Shown one piece after another: positions 49,968 to 64,000 of a DNA stretch of 64,000 nt. The stretch is from Eledone cirrhosa (lineage: Eukaryota): contig OZ024743.1 of NCBI GenBank assembly GCA_964016885.1, positions 350,734,001 through 350,798,000 of the forward strand, read 5' to 3'. The notes beneath the pieces were generated by a model. It had not been told where the DNA came from. It ran no database searches and was given only the letters and a program-made list of their open reading frames with translations. The translations under genes and the position numbers were made by a program. Each line of letters begins with the position of its first letter. Position 1 is the stretch's first letter.

Positions 49968-50170
49968 GGAAAAAGAAGTTGAAAATGCAATTGGAGTCTT
50001 TAAGGAGGTTTATTTACAATAATTCATAACTTTACCTGTTTTACAAGTTTCTTGATTTTTAAAAGTTTCTCCATCTCTGAAAATGATGAAACTTGTGAAA
50101 CCAGTAAAGTTATAAATTATTGTAAATAACCTACTTAAAGATCCCAATTGCATTTTCAACTTTTTTTTCT
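49968..50170. repeat. Imperfect inverted repeat with ~85-bp arms
   Basis: AAGTTGAAAATGCAATTGG...TTTACAATAATT...CAAGTTTC mirrored by GAAACTTG...AATTATTGTAAA...CCAATTGCATTTTCAACTT. Confidence 0.85.
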
Positions 50171-50173
50171 TAT

Positions 50174-50690
50174 CTATATAATATAACCAAAGTTACACGC
50201 ACTTAACATGTATGTGCTACCATTGGTTAATACATTTTTTAAAACCGTGTGTGGGTGGCATGATCCTCTGTTAATGTATTTCATTCTCTCGTTCGGTTTG
50301 TGATATGGTTTATATATGCCTGTTTGTAGATCTAGGTTGACGTCGAGAAAGTTTGCGCTAGTGATGTTCGTGTCGACTGTGTCGATTTTAGGGCCTAGGT
50401 CGCAAAAAGTATTTATCAGGTCTTCAAAAAACTTGTCCATATCGTGCTTGTTGTGGTCGTGGGTTAGAGAAAGACCGTCGTCGCGGTATTGTGTGGTCGG
50501 GGAATTTCTGCATATATCCGCGCTGCCGTATGACCGTATCGAGACGTCGAATGAATCTTGAATGATTTTTTACCCAAGCGCTGTCATTGTTGAATACGAG
50601 CGCCTTTCGTACGTGGTAAATCAGGCGGAGTTCTTGATTGTTGATAGCCCCAAAGGTATGAACGAAGTCTAAGGCCTTGGCTAGCACTGG
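50174..50690 (-). pseudogene. Penelope-like element reverse transcriptase fragment (possibly Naiad-type)
   Basis: Frameshifted FDVSIRSYG, YRDDGL and NFLDVNLDLQTGIYKPYHKPN...YINRGSCHP motifs. Confidence 0.8.
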
Positions 50691-50846
50691 TTTGGTAATA
50701 GAAGGTCATGTTTGCATCAAAAGGCCCAATGATTTTCAAACTGAAAGCCACCATCTCACCGGACCTCCTGAAGCCCCTATGACACTACCTACCTCTGTAC
50801 CCCTTAATGAGCGCACCGTATATACATATATATATATATATATGTG

Positions 50847-50891
<45 letters not shown>

Positions 50892-50997
50892 CCGTTTATA
50901 TGCAACAACTCAACTTAATCATATTTGCTATCTACATATAATAGTAGTATAATAATAGTAATATATTTCGTTTCTGAACACACACACAGAAACAAAA

Positions 50998-51255
50998 TGG
51001 CGTAGGACAGAAGAAAGGAAAGGCACAGAAACAAAGAAAGGAATCCCCAGTCACTGAAGAGGTCACAGAGTGTGTGACGAAAGGACTATGACTATATATA
51101 AACAACTATCTGGTTGTGGAACCAACCAACCAACCAGAAATGTATAAGTTTGTAGATTTGTAAATTTATAAATTTATAAATATATAATAAATTGAAGTGA
51201 AAGCAACTGGTGCGTGTGTTTCTTATTGGCAACATGACCCTCCCAAAGTATAACA
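50998..51255 (+). mobile_element. Dispersed repeat with minimal hammerhead (PLE pLTR-like); second copy at 56041-56245
   Basis: The two copies align. AGTCA-CTGAAGA-gGTCACA..TGTGAC-GAAA-GGACTA-TGACT at 51049-51093. Confidence 0.65.
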
Positions 51256-51580
51256 ATAGTAATATAATAATTTCACGAGTTACTTCTCTTTACCCGCTAG
51301 ATAAATAACCCCAGGAATGTTTGATAAATTCGTATATAGACAGATTTCAAGCCAGGGTTGCTTCCAGCAACTTCCTTTTTTTCATATTTTTGTCCACGTA
51401 CCTGAATGAAGGGCCAGTTTGAAATTGACTCCTTCGTCATACAGTGGTGGGCATGACTGGACCCCGAAACCAACGGTAGTAGATACAAGTGTATGAAACT
51501 TTCTTTATACCAAATATGCTCTCTTCCAATAGATTGAGCACCGTTTTCCTTCATCTTTAATCTACGGAGTTATAGCAACG

Positions 51581-51651
<71 letters not shown>

Positions 51652-51674
51652 GTATGTATGTATGTATATGTATG

Positions 51675-51752
<78 letters not shown>

Positions 51753-51841
51753 CTATGTATGTATATAAATATAAATAAATATATATATATATATATATAT
51801 ATATTTATTTATATTTATATACATACATAGATATATATATA

Positions 51842-51916
<75 letters not shown>
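51581..51916. repeat. (TA)n-rich microsatellite block
   Basis: Direct reading. Confidence 0.95.
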
Positions 51917-51919
<3 letters not shown>

Positions 51920-52737
51920 AAGAAGTGTAAGTCAACAGGTTAAAATTAACTTCGTTTATTTATATTCGCTGTTATATATATTTCGGTGATAACCATTATG
52001 CAACAGCTATGAGCTCATCAGACAGCTAGAATTTGAACAGAAAAAAACAAAAAACAGAAAAACCATAACGATGGAATAAAGCATACTTCTGTTATTTCGA
52101 TTTTTTTATATGCTCAGCGCTGAAGTTTGGTGTTGTTTTCTCAAACCACTGGTCCCATATGGTTTAGAATGAAAGAATTCAAGCATCGGTAGAATTCACC
52201 TCCCTCCTATTCATTAGATTTAGTTTCCCCATTCTAATAACAAGTCTATAGAATTTCTTAGGCCAATTGTCCTGGAATCAGGTCAGTTGGTTAGGGTTGC
52301 TTTTAGCAACCAACAATGATAACTATATATACACTGAATCTAGGGGTGTTTTGGCCTCTGGGACCTCTGTAGTTGTATTAATGGCAGTAGTGTTAATATG
52401 CTACTACAACAAAATACTACTCCCTTGGTTGCAAGCGAATGTATTGGAGTTGTTAGTGAAAATTTCAAATATATAAACTGATATAGGTTCATTTAGAAAC
52501 GTGTATGCTTATCAATATTAAGAGTCATGATAATAAAATATGTTAAAATTGTAATCCATATTGTAAACACACACACACACACACACACACACACGCGCAC
52601 ACATATATCTACACACACACACACACATATATATATTTTAATCCATATTGTAAACATATATATATACACACCCACACACACACCCGCACACATATATCTA
52701 CACACACACACACACACACATCTAGATATATATATAC

Positions 52738-52775
<38 letters not shown>

Positions 52776-53319
52776 GTATATATATACACACATATAGACA
52801 CATATGTCCCCTTTAGAAGGATGAAAATAGAAATAACATGACCGTGCTATTTACTTATCACAGTTTGTATTGACGTTTATGGTCGAAAAGAATTAGGTTG
52901 GAGAATTAGGTTGGAAAACCAAATTATACACAGAAGGTAGATGGTGAAGCCCATAGAGTAGAAATTGGATTCTACCAACGTATATTATCTTGCTAAATAG
53001 CTAGTGGATTAGAACTAAGGAAGTGATAAAGAGGGGGAAATCTAAGGCGAAGTAAGGCGTGGGCCCACTTCAAAGTCCAGCATTTGCAAGAGGCGGGAGG
53101 GATCGTCCTGATGAGAACCAGTTCAGTTCGAAATGCGCATTGACGATTTCCCCCTTGCTTCTGCCTGACACCGCCAGGAGGCGATAGCCGCTGGTTCTTT
53201 GCATAGCTACGGCTTTCTAAATGTTTATTTATAAACATACCGTATTTCTTTAGAAATACGAAATTACAATACATATCTGTATACAGCTATGCTTGAAGCT
53301 AAATCCTAATTCTATTATG

Positions 53320-53365
<46 letters not shown>

Positions 53366-53408
53366 CACGTTTGTGTGTGTATGTGTGTGTGTGTGTGGGG
53401 GGGGTGTA

Positions 53409-53488
<80 letters not shown>
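53320..53488. repeat. (TA)n(TG)n(GA)n compound microsatellite
   Basis: Direct reading. Confidence 0.95.
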
Positions 53489-53491
<3 letters not shown>

Positions 53492-53899
53492 CAGTGTGTG
53501 CATACATAATTTTAGTATATAGGTTATATAGTTACCATATTTACTCAGTTCCTTATTCTTAGGTATATTTAAGATGGTGCTATCTGATAGAGTAGATGCT
53601 ATCTACACTCAACTATATATATTAATAAAATCCCATTGGAGAGCCTCCTCTTTTTCTGTTTCCCTTCCTATATGCGTATATATATATATATCATATACGT
53701 ATGTATTCAGTTTATAAGAAATGCTTACATAGATACGTACATACATACATACATACATAAACACACACACACACCGAGCCAAATATGTACATGTATACAT
53801 ATAGACATATATATATATATATATATGTGTGTGTATGTGTATGTGTATGTGAGAGAGAGGGAGAGTGCTTGCGTGCGTATGTGTATTATTTCTTAGTCA

Positions 53900-54082
53900 A
53901 TGCAGTATCGGTAGAGGGTCGGACGCCATGCTTTGCAGCAAATAGTTACGGCCCTTTATGATCTGAGTTCAAATCTCGCTGAGGTTAACTTTGCCTTTCA
54001 TCCTTACGGGGGTCGATAAAATAAAGTACCAGTAATGTACTGGGTAATTGCTGGCCTTGTGCCAAAAGTAGAAACAATTATT
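53900..54082 (+). mobile_element. SINE copy
   Basis: Closely similar to 49145-49325. Confidence 0.75.
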
Positions 54083-55084
54083 TCTTAGTCAATGGAATAA
54101 GGGCAAAGCCATGGTCTTTACAGAGCTTTGAACATTGGTGGACGAAAAAGGAGGCAGATATTAAGACACACGAATTGCTATAGTAGAAACCAGCAAACTA
54201 TGATATCATTTTATCCCTAAAGTGGAGACTTGGTTTCAATACTTGCTATAGAGTAGACTCTGCTTAAAGTAACCTAGGATGAGGAGGTGGTATTCAACCG
54301 TTCAGTTGATTCAGTTTACTACCAAAGAAGATATAATCTATATGACAGGCTCCTACATTTCCCGTCAACCCAATTACATTCTTAAAACTTGAGGTGGCAC
54401 CGGACAATTGATAGAACATGCCCACTTTTTGTGGTGAGGAAGCACGGCGTGAGTTCCTCGAGTGGGAAATGGAGTGATTGACAGATTGAAGAAGAAATAG
54501 AGGGACATGATTGCAGTATACATGAAAGTGATTAAATGGGGGAACAAGAGCAGTTTGGATGAGAATGAGAATGAACTGGAATGGAAGGGATTGCTATGTC
54601 ACAAAGAAGAAAAGAAGGAAAGCTAATTCAGAAGATCAGAACCGGTTTTAGTAACAACTAGACCACACGTGACCCGCTGGGCCACGTTTATTTCAAAATA
54701 TTTTTAAAAAATCATGTTCACTTAAAAATAATTTTTAAATAATTAAAATATACACAGACATGTATATAATGTGAGATGAAACTGGAAGGCCCATATATAC
54801 ACGTGTATGTATGTATGTATGTATATAAATGTGTGTGTTTGTATACATATATATATATATGTATGTATGTTTGTGTATATGTGGGTGTCTGTGATCTACA
54901 TACACTGGTCATAGACACACACACACACATATACACACACACTCACACACATATATATATATACACACAACAATTCCACCGTCTCTCTCTCTCTCTCTCT
55001 CTCTCCCTCTCCCTCTCTTTCATTCTCATTCTGTCTCCTTCTCTCTCCCTCTGTATGTTTCTCTCTCAATCTACTCTCTCACAA

Positions 55085-55153
<69 letters not shown>

Positions 55154-55809
55154 ATTTATGAAGGTACCCAGTAAACCCCCATATCTCGGAAACCCGTGGT
55201 CCGATTTACTTGTTTTCCATTTGTATTCCCATTTCAGGCGTAACTTTCTTTCAAAGTATTTTCTCATCATGCGCCCTTTTGGTTGTATAACATTACAGAC
55301 GAGCAAGCAAGCAACCACAGACTTTTAGGATTATATAGATAAACATTCCTCTCTTGTCCCATTGTTCATATTGTGACCAAATCCTAGGTTCTACATTAAC
55401 CCCTATACCGTTCTTTCTGTCGATAACATCGGTTTTCAAGAGCTCCCTCTCTTAAAATGTTCATCCAATTAGTGTAGACCGGCAACAGTTTAGTTAGATC
55501 AACGTTATCCATCTCTCCGGTTTGGGAGAACCAGAGCAGGCCTTGGCCTCCACTCGTTCCTTCAGACCGATCAAGTGTAAACAAAAAAGCATGTAATATA
55601 CAAATTTTACTGTAAACATTAACTCAACCCTTTGTTATACATTTTCATCGGGTAACAATGGGTTTAAGAACATTCCAATACATTACATTGAATACAATTA
55701 GAAAAAAAGAGAAACATTAGTTAACAGCATTACCATTAACTATAGAAGCCTAGTGTTTAAATTAGGGAGCAAATTCGGGGAGGGGGGCAACATTGATAAA
55801 ATCAAACCC

Positions 55810-55945
55810 AGTAGTAGAGTGATACTTTATTTTACCGACCTGATAGGATGATAGAAATTTTTTTACCTTGGCGGGATTCGAAAGTGGAACATATACCACA
55901 GTGGCATTTTATCCAAAGCTGTACCAGTTCTGCAAATCCACCATT
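55810..55945 (-). mobile_element. Degenerate SINE copy
   Basis: Reverse complement of the SINE core (TACTTTATTTTACCGACC..GGATGA..GGATTCGAA). Confidence 0.5.
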
Positions 55946-56040
55946 CTGGAAGCTTTATTAACAGCAAAATACAAACCAAAATACCAGTACAGCATATGTA
56001 AAATAAACCATGAAATTTACCAGAAGTTGACTAACCAAGA

Positions 56041-56243
56041 TGGTGTAGGACAGAACAAAAGAGGGACACAAAATAAAAACCCAGTCACTGAGGAGGTCAC
56101 AGAATGTGTGACGAAAGAGCTTGGTCAATATATAAACAAACATCCGGTTATCGAACCAACCAACCGGAAATTTATGGTAAATTGAAATGAAAACCAACAG
56201 GTGCGTGTGTTCTTGTTGGCAACATGACCTCCCAAAGTATAAC

Positions 56244-56245
<2 letters not shown>
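56041..56245 (+). mobile_element. Second copy of the hammerhead-containing repeat
   Basis: CTGAGGA-gGTCACA..TGTGAC-GAAA; aligns with 50998-51255. Confidence 0.6.
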
Positions 56246-56246
<1 letters not shown>

Positions 56247-56334
<88 letters not shown>

Positions 56335-56363
56335 ACACACACACACACAGACACACACACACG

Positions 56364-56416
<53 letters not shown>
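56247..56416. repeat. (CA)n(TA)n microsatellite
   Basis: Direct reading. Confidence 0.95.
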
Positions 56417-56420
<4 letters not shown>

Positions 56421-57089
56421 ACAGGGAGAAAGAGACGATTATGAAGAAGAAAAATATATTTCTTTCCTTTTTTGTTTCTCTCTCTCTTTTTTCTGGGTTA
56501 GAAAATGATTAAAACGAAATGTTTTACTTTGTGTGAAGTGTTAAGGTATTAGTTGATTTATTTATTATTTAACAATGGCATTTATTTATCTATTTATATA
56601 TTTAATTATTGTCTATTACCGGTTTCAGCATTTATATGCATTATCAAATGATAGTGAAATGTATTAGTGTGGTGTCGCACATGTTAAACAGAAGGTGCAG
56701 AAAGAATAATGTTATTTTCAAACAAGGTTTAAGAAGTGAAAAGAAAAAAGAAAAAGGAAAAAAAACGTGCATAATGTGGAACGTAAAAAGTCAATGTGGA
56801 AGAAAAAATAATGTTATTTACAAGCACAGTCATTGAAGTTAAGCAGATCAAAATGTGTTAATATAGCAAGAGTGCTTAGTTGAACCATGGTTCCGTGATG
56901 GGGGCAAATGGTGGACTGAGGGTTGATATGATTTCCCTTTTTAGAGAGTTAATATGTAGGGGGAAGCAATTCTTGCTGGGTGATATTTAATTTATTTAAG
57001 AAAAAGAATTAGGTAGGGTGCGAGGGAGGTAACTCTTGTAAATGTTTGATGGTTTGTTGCAGTTTTAGATTGGTCCGATTTTTAGAGCA

Positions 57090-57560
57090 TTGAGAAGTGG
57101 TTGAAATTTATTAATGAAATGTGTTTCCTTATTGGTACGTTGGATGAAAGTAGCGTTGTCTATGAATTTGTAAATGGGGAAAATTTTAAAGTTTGGATGT
57201 TGGTTGAGAGCACAAATGGCGATATGTTCACTAAATGCAATCTTCTGTATTCCTGTATTTTAATTTGTGATTTATGGACGGTCATACGTTGACGGAGGCT
57301 GTTTTTTGTCTGTCCGATATAGTGCTCTTGACAACTTTAGCAGGTCAAAACATAGATAAGGTTTTCAGATGCACATGTAAAGTTGTGTTTAACTGTGAAA
57401 CGTTGTCTTTGTTTAAAATGGAATGTTGAACCTTCTATTAGATTTATGCATATGCCACAGTTGGGCCTTCCGCATTTTGTTACTGTAGGGTTCATTGTGG
57501 GGGCTTGTTGGATTTTGGGTTGTGTGAGGATGTTTTTTTTGTTGGGTTGTCTTTTGCTCT
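57090..57560 (-). pseudogene. Penelope-like (Neptune-type) Cys linker and GIY-YIG endonuclease fragment
   Basis: KCGRPNCGIC...FTCASENLIYVLTC*SCQEHYIGQTKNSLRQRMTVHK. Confidence 0.8.
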
Positions 57561-57819
57561 TTATGATGTTAAATCTTCTCCTTTGCCGATGATCGAAGAT
57601 TTGGCATCTACGATTCACCGATTAATGTTGAAATATATTTCTTCAATGGAATATATACACAGGAAATTAATCCTTATTGCAAGGTATCTATATTCAAGGT
57701 TCTTGTAAATATTTTATATGTTACCTCCGTAACTATGTGTGTTTACACTCTTTACAAATTGTAATTGTTTAATGTGTTTATTTTATATAAATATATGTCA
57801 ATCGACTTTTAATTTCATG

Positions 57820-57887
<68 letters not shown>

Positions 57888-59102
57888 AATGAATAATAAC
57901 AAGTAGACATCATAAAAAGGTAATTTATTCCGAGTGCTTACAAATGTTTCAACAGTAGTTATACAGCCTCGTCATGCAAATTGGTAATTATTTATAATTA
58001 TTTGCAGAAACTCAATTTTCAAATGCTGCTTCTACCGTTTTCTCAGAGCAGAAATACAAGCACACACACGCAGTACCACCAGACATACTAGTAATAGAAA
58101 ATCATCACCAAACTCAAATAAATTACGTTATACAAAGTATATCAGGTATAGTCCCATTTTTAATGCTTCGATTAGTACAAAACGTTCTCTTACATTCTTT
58201 AAGTTAATTAACAAGCATTTCCCTGGCTCCCATAAATGCAGTAAGATTCTAAACTCTAAGACTATTAAGCTATCATACTCCACTGCACCAAACCTTGAAG
58301 CATACATAAAAAACTTAACTTAAAGCAATTATCAAACAACACTACAAAACAAAATATTTTAATAACAGATAAGCATAAATAATATCGGCCTCCCAACCAC
58401 CAAATGGGAGAAGGGTATTACACAACCCACCTGAACTGTTATCCCAACCTATCCATGTTATACCTGCTAGCCACAACATAAACTGCAACTGCCACCTACC
58501 CGAAAGATGCTCATTGAAGAATAAATGCCTAGAGTCTAACATTGTTTATCAATGCACTGTCAAATCGAACGACCAGAATCGAACGACATCGGGTCTACCA
58601 CTACCTCCTTTAAATCTCGCTGGTATCGTCATCGATTTTCGATTAAACATCCTAAACACCGTCTTATGACTACGCTCACCAATAAGACCTGGCAACTCCG
58701 TGAATGCAACCGGCAGTTCACCTTGAAATGAGATAAACTATCCAGCGCTAGTGCATATCGGAGTGGATTGAAGTACTTCAGATTATGCAACCTTGAACTC
58801 TTTTATATCTTAAAATCCCAAAACAAATTACTAAATGACAGAATCGAACGATCGTTATACTGCAACCACAAACTGAAGGCTAAATTCTCTCACTATAAAA
58901 TAACTTAACATTCGAACCCGAGACTACAACATCGCTTTCTTGCTAACTAATTACTACTTCCTAACTATATCCCCTACCCCCACACTACATTATAAATGGA
59001 TACTTGAGTGCGATTTGTAGACTACAACTATGAACTTGATGTACCCCCATCTCGTAGCTTTCGTCTGCCTCCTCTCTATCTCTCTTTCTTTTTCTCTCCC
59101 CC

Positions 59103-59144
<42 letters not shown>

Positions 59145-59339
59145 GGTCTACCTCCCTCCCTCTTCACATCTATGAACCTGCTCTCTGTGGCAATAAATAA
59201 TTCCAAACTTGACTATATCAACACAAAGCCTAAGGTTGTCACTTTGAGAATAAACAATATAATAAAAAACCCGACCACAACATTTTGATTAAGCTATCTG
59301 TATTCTTCAAACCACTCTCTCCCATTTCTCCAACCCCTA

Positions 59340-59341
<2 letters not shown>

Positions 59342-59409
<68 letters not shown>

Positions 59410-59411
59410 TC

Positions 59412-59490
<79 letters not shown>
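59342..59490. repeat. (CT)n microsatellite
   Basis: Direct reading. Confidence 0.95.
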
Positions 59491-59494
<4 letters not shown>

Positions 59495-59572
59495 TTCTCT
59501 CTTGCTTTTCTACTCTATCTTCCCCAATAACTTCCTTTAAGAAATACAAGAGTATTTACATTTTAACCATTC

Positions 59573-59695
59573 TGTTCTGAGGAAACGGTAGAAGCAGCAT
59601 TTGAAAATTGAGTTTCTGCAAATAATTACAAATAATTACCACTTTGCACATAGCATGACTAGGCTGTATAACTACTGTTGAAACATTTGTAAGCA
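59573..59695 (+). ncRNA. Type I hammerhead ribozyme motif with long stem II
   Basis: TGTT-CTGAGGA-AACGGTAG...CTACTGTT-GAAA-CATTTG-TA-AGCA; stems I and II pair. Confidence 0.6.
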
Positions 59696-59905
59696 CTCGG
59701 AATAAATTACCTTTTTTATGATGTCTACCTGTTATTATTCATTCTCTATCTACACTCCGGAATACAGAAGGATCAGAAACTGAGTTTCTTCAACTATTCT
59801 TCCATAACTCGTTGAATAACCCCTCACCGTACGTCAACTATATCTAGTGTAGTAATTAACCATTACTGCATTCAGGATAATCCTAAGCCTTTCTTGCATA
59901 ACCTA

Positions 59906-59963
<58 letters not shown>

Positions 59964-60464
59964 ATATATACATATGTGTGGGTACGTACGAGCATACACG
60001 CGTGTATTTATGTGTGCGTATGTGCGCGCACGCGTGTGCGCGCGTGTGTTATCCTGATTTCATTTTCCAATGTTTTCACTCATAGTGTGCAACTTAGAAA
60101 CAATGCTCTTTTAATAGAATTAGAATTTTGACAACATTAACTGAGTGTTTCTTTTTTTAATTATTGGAATTCTTCCTAGAAACAAGGAGTTGGTTGCAAA
60201 CAAAGAAATAAAGTTCCATCGCTGGGGTTTGGGTAACAATAAAAATGAAAACTTTCATGTTGAACTTTACAAAAGTTTTGCATAGTTTTATTGTTCCGTT
60301 TACAGATTGCATTTATACAGTCCGTATTATCTGGTCAATATTTTTGCTTGAAAACTGTAGATATTTACTGTCTTAGCTAATTGTGCTAATAATTATTGAT
60401 ACACCGCTCAGACACACTGCATTTCAGGCATAATAGCATGTTACTTTTCATGATGTCATCAGAG

Positions 60465-60640
60465 GTGTAAGAGCTTTGGACAAATGCTTAGTAGTATTTG
60501 TTCTGGTTCTTTACGTTCTGAGTTAAAATCCCGACAAGGTCAACTTTGCCTTTCATTCTTTTGGGGTCGATAAAATAAAGTACCAGTAATGTACAGAGGT
60601 CGATGTAATCGACGATAGCTTTGTTCTAAATTGCTGACAG
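60465..60640 (+). mobile_element. SINE copy
   Basis: GGTCAACTTTGCCTTTCATTCTTTTGGGGTCGATAAAATAAAGTACCAG core. Confidence 0.7.
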
Positions 60641-60686
60641 TGCCTGAGTGCTTGAATTAAAAATCGTTAAACTTATATATATATAT

Positions 60687-60801
60687 ATAGGAAAATGTTC
60701 AAGACTCTGACGGCAGAGCTCAAGCCGTTTCGACGGCTATTTCAGAAACAGCCGTCGAAACGGCTTGAGCTCTGCCGTCGAGGTCTTGAACATTTTCCTA
60801 T
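60687..60801. repeat. Near-perfect 115-bp palindrome
   Basis: ATAGGAAAATGTTCAAGAC...GCCGTTTCGACGGCT mirrored by AGCCGTCGAAACGGC...GTCTTGAACATTTTCCTAT. Confidence 0.92.
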
Positions 60802-60877
60802 TATCCACTCTACTACCCTAAGTATTGAGTACTCTGGTGCGTTATGGTCCATCTGGTTCCATACCACACTCCCTTCG

Positions 60878-61005
<128 letters not shown>

Positions 61006-61046
61006 ATATCATACAGCTTGGATTCGTCGTTCTATTTCATCTAGAT

Positions 61047-61721
<675 letters not shown>

Positions 61722-61989
61722 ATCTAGATAGTGATATTCTACATTACCAACTGTCCAAGATTTATATATTTAACTGTCATTATAGTGCCGTGGTAGCATT
61801 GATAACATTTCTTCTTGCATGACTGACTGTTGAACACCTTTAGTATTTACTTCTGGTCTCGCGTTGTTCCTTTCACTGTTCAATACATTTGTTCCAGTTC
61901 ATGAACATCTGAGAAGGGAAATATATCGTTGTCAAACATATATAACTTAAAAATTCATAATACATATTCATTCATTTTTAATCCCAGGT

Positions 61990-62750
61990 ACCCCCAAAGC
62001 ATTTGGGATGCCATCCAGTGCAACCTGGCCCCAAACAGGCTCACGCGCCAGCTCGACCAGCACCGCCTTGCCTGTTTTCGCGCAGCCTCTAAACCACACA
62101 GTGGTGACTGGCTCCATGCCTTGCCCTCCTCCACTGGCACGCAGCTGGATAACGATAGCCTGCGCATCGACGTTTCCTGAGGTTTGACTTCCAGATCTGC
62201 GAGCCACATAAGTGTCGCTGTGGATCCACTGTGGACTCTTTCGGCCTCCACCCGCTCTCCTGTCGCCACAGTGCCGGCCGCCTTCCACGCCATGCTTGCC
62301 TCAATGAGGTCATAAATCATGGCTTGGATGCTGCATGCTTCCCCTCCCAGCTTGAGCCGGTGGGGCTGGACCGAGGGGAAAGCAAAAGGCCAGACGGTAT
62401 GACCATCTTCTCGTTCTGCGGTGGCAAATCCCTCGTCTGGGATGCCACTTGCAGGGATACTTTCTCCAGCAGCAACCTGGTGCAGTCTGCGACTAACCGA
62501 GATTCGGCTGCACATCGTGCTGAGGAGGCCAAGCTCTCCAAGTACTGGTCGCTCTCCGACAGGTTTGAGGTAGTGCTCTTGGCAGTGGAGATTTCTGGTG
62601 CCCTTCGCCCTAGGGCTACATCCCTACTCACCACCATAGGCGTTGAGGTGGCCTGCCGCAGGTGTGAGCCTCGTGAGTTGGAATGGCTCTTCCAGCGCAT
62701 CTCCCTTGCCATCCCCCGGGGAAACGCCTTCTCCATTGTGTCCGCCTTTC
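61990..62750 (+). pseudogene. CRE-clade non-LTR retrotransposon C-terminal fragment (zinc finger and restriction-like endonuclease)
   Basis: HSGDWLHALP, C.CG..VDSFGLHPLSC..SAGRLPRH..LN, KRPDG..LVWDATC.D, E..K..KY, QRISLAI.RGNA motifs; contains stop/frameshift. Confidence 0.85.
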
Positions 62751-62854
62751 GAAACGTGATGTTTTATTCACTCCTCAGTAATATTGATATCTACTTTAGG
62801 TACAAAACCAATAATTTGAAGGGTAGTGAAAGTCGATTACATTGACCCAATACA

Positions 62855-62992
62855 TGACTAACACTTTATTTGATCGACTCCGGAAGGATGAACGGCAACG
62901 TTGGCCTCGGCGTAATATTAACTCAGAACGTGACAGGCCGTAACTGCAAAGCATTTTGCCCAATACTTTAATAATTTTGCGAATCCACCGTT
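62855..62992 (-). mobile_element. Degenerate SINE copy
   Basis: Reverse complement of the SINE core. Confidence 0.55.
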
Positions 62993-63179
62993 CTTATTCA
63001 CTCAGTAATATTGCCCTGTTTTATTAATAATGCCCTCATTTATTCTAGTGATAGATACCTTTGAAGTTTATATTTCATATTCTATGCATTTGAGAGCACC
63101 ATTCTGTGCTAGTTCATTCATTTTGTATGCCAAAGCTACTTTTAAATGCTTAGAGAATTAATTGTCTGCTTATGATTTT

Positions 63180-64000
63180 ATCTGCTGCGAAACCTAATTT
63201 GTATTCCTTGTAGTGTATTTGATAATAATGCAATTTCATCGAAAATATCGATCCTTAATATTACGTGTCTAATAAATACATTTTTCTCAACCCTTTTTCG
63301 ATGCCAGAAAATGTTTTTTTCTTTGGAGAAACATGAATTGTAAACGGAATAAGCCTCTCCCTTCAAACTGCTTTAGGAGATTTGAGGCTAGATGAAGCTC
63401 ATCGTAGACACAGCCTATTTTTGAATATTCCAATATTAGTTCTGTAACCATGTTTGTAAGCTGCATCTAACGTTTATTAGACTGATGAAAAATGGCATAA
63501 ATTTTGGCAAAAAATCTTGAAATGGCCTATCTCATTGATTTCCTTTATACTATCATCTAACACAAGTTGTAATCGATGAGTCAAACATTGCCAAATTATA
63601 ACGTCTGGAAATTCTTGAATTAATCTTATAGCAACTTTTTTGTTGAAGCTTAGTAGTCGTGCCGTCTGAACAAAATCCAGTCAAATAAATCTTTGAATAT
63701 TCTGTCCCAAGCCCTGCATCATCTAACGTTCTTTCTAACACATTGCAAATATTTTCTGTTATTGTTGTTTTAATTCTAACAAATCAAAGAATATTGTTGA
63801 TGGAACAATCAGCTAATTCTCATCTCAGAAAAAATTACCAGCACGAGTTTCCTTAAAATGAAAGGAGCACAATCAATACTAATACAGCTTTTTATTCACT
63901 TTCAATAATTTTACCGAAATTTCGTTTTGATTTGCTAATGCACTGCAGCGAATGTTACAGAAAATTGCGAACGCAAGCATTTCCTTAAATGCTATATATG
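63180..64000 (-). pseudogene. Decayed hAT-family transposase fragment
   Basis: ENICNVLERTL...LTGFCSDG motif resembles the hAT catalytic region; many stops and frameshifts. Confidence 0.5.

Larger units (their letters stand above)
57884..59745 (+). mobile_element. Penelope-like element remnant: GIY-YIG domain flanked by inverted pseudo-LTRs
   Basis: 58481-58908 encodes NCNCHLPERCSLKNKCLESNIVYQC../IGSTTTSFKSRWYRH..LCNLE..LLNDR..CNH. 57884-58055 and 59572-59745 are inverted copies. Confidence 0.8.

Noticed and set aside
55396-55670. piggyBac-like ends (TTAACCC, AACCCTTTGTTA/TAACAATGGGTT)
   Set aside because: Short, imperfect inverted repeat without a clean TTAA pair; not enough for a call.

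Overview
Eukaryotic, repeat-rich genomic DNA with no recognisable host gene. The SINE type and microsatellite load suggest an invertebrate, possibly a cephalopod or other mollusc (inference). Bases 1-40154 are a head-to-tail, minus-strand array of seven near-identical ~6.06-kb Tx1-clade non-LTR retrotransposons (family A; the first copy runs off the window). Every visible ORF1 (CCHC knuckle) and ORF2 (APE endonuclease-RT-zinc finger) is intact. The array abuts a full-length, intact copy of a divergent sister family B (40194-46017). All eight junctions are pure (ATT)n tracts (12, 14, 7, 12, 7, 15, 13 and 6 units) with no poly(A). This points to an (ATT)n-targeting element whose own tail regenerates its target, with later recombination among units. 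Both families share RNA-level signals: a GTAAGT splice donor on the ORF1 stop, a donor-like motif about 30 nt from the 5' end, 5'UTR hairpins, a UAG-rich island in ORF2 and a conserved 3' terminus. Bases 46-64 kb are AT-rich and filled with decayed elements: truncated Tx1 copies, Penelope-like fragments with several hammerhead motifs, R4/Dong- and CRE-like fragments, SINEs, pogo/hAT DNA transposon remnants and microsatellites.
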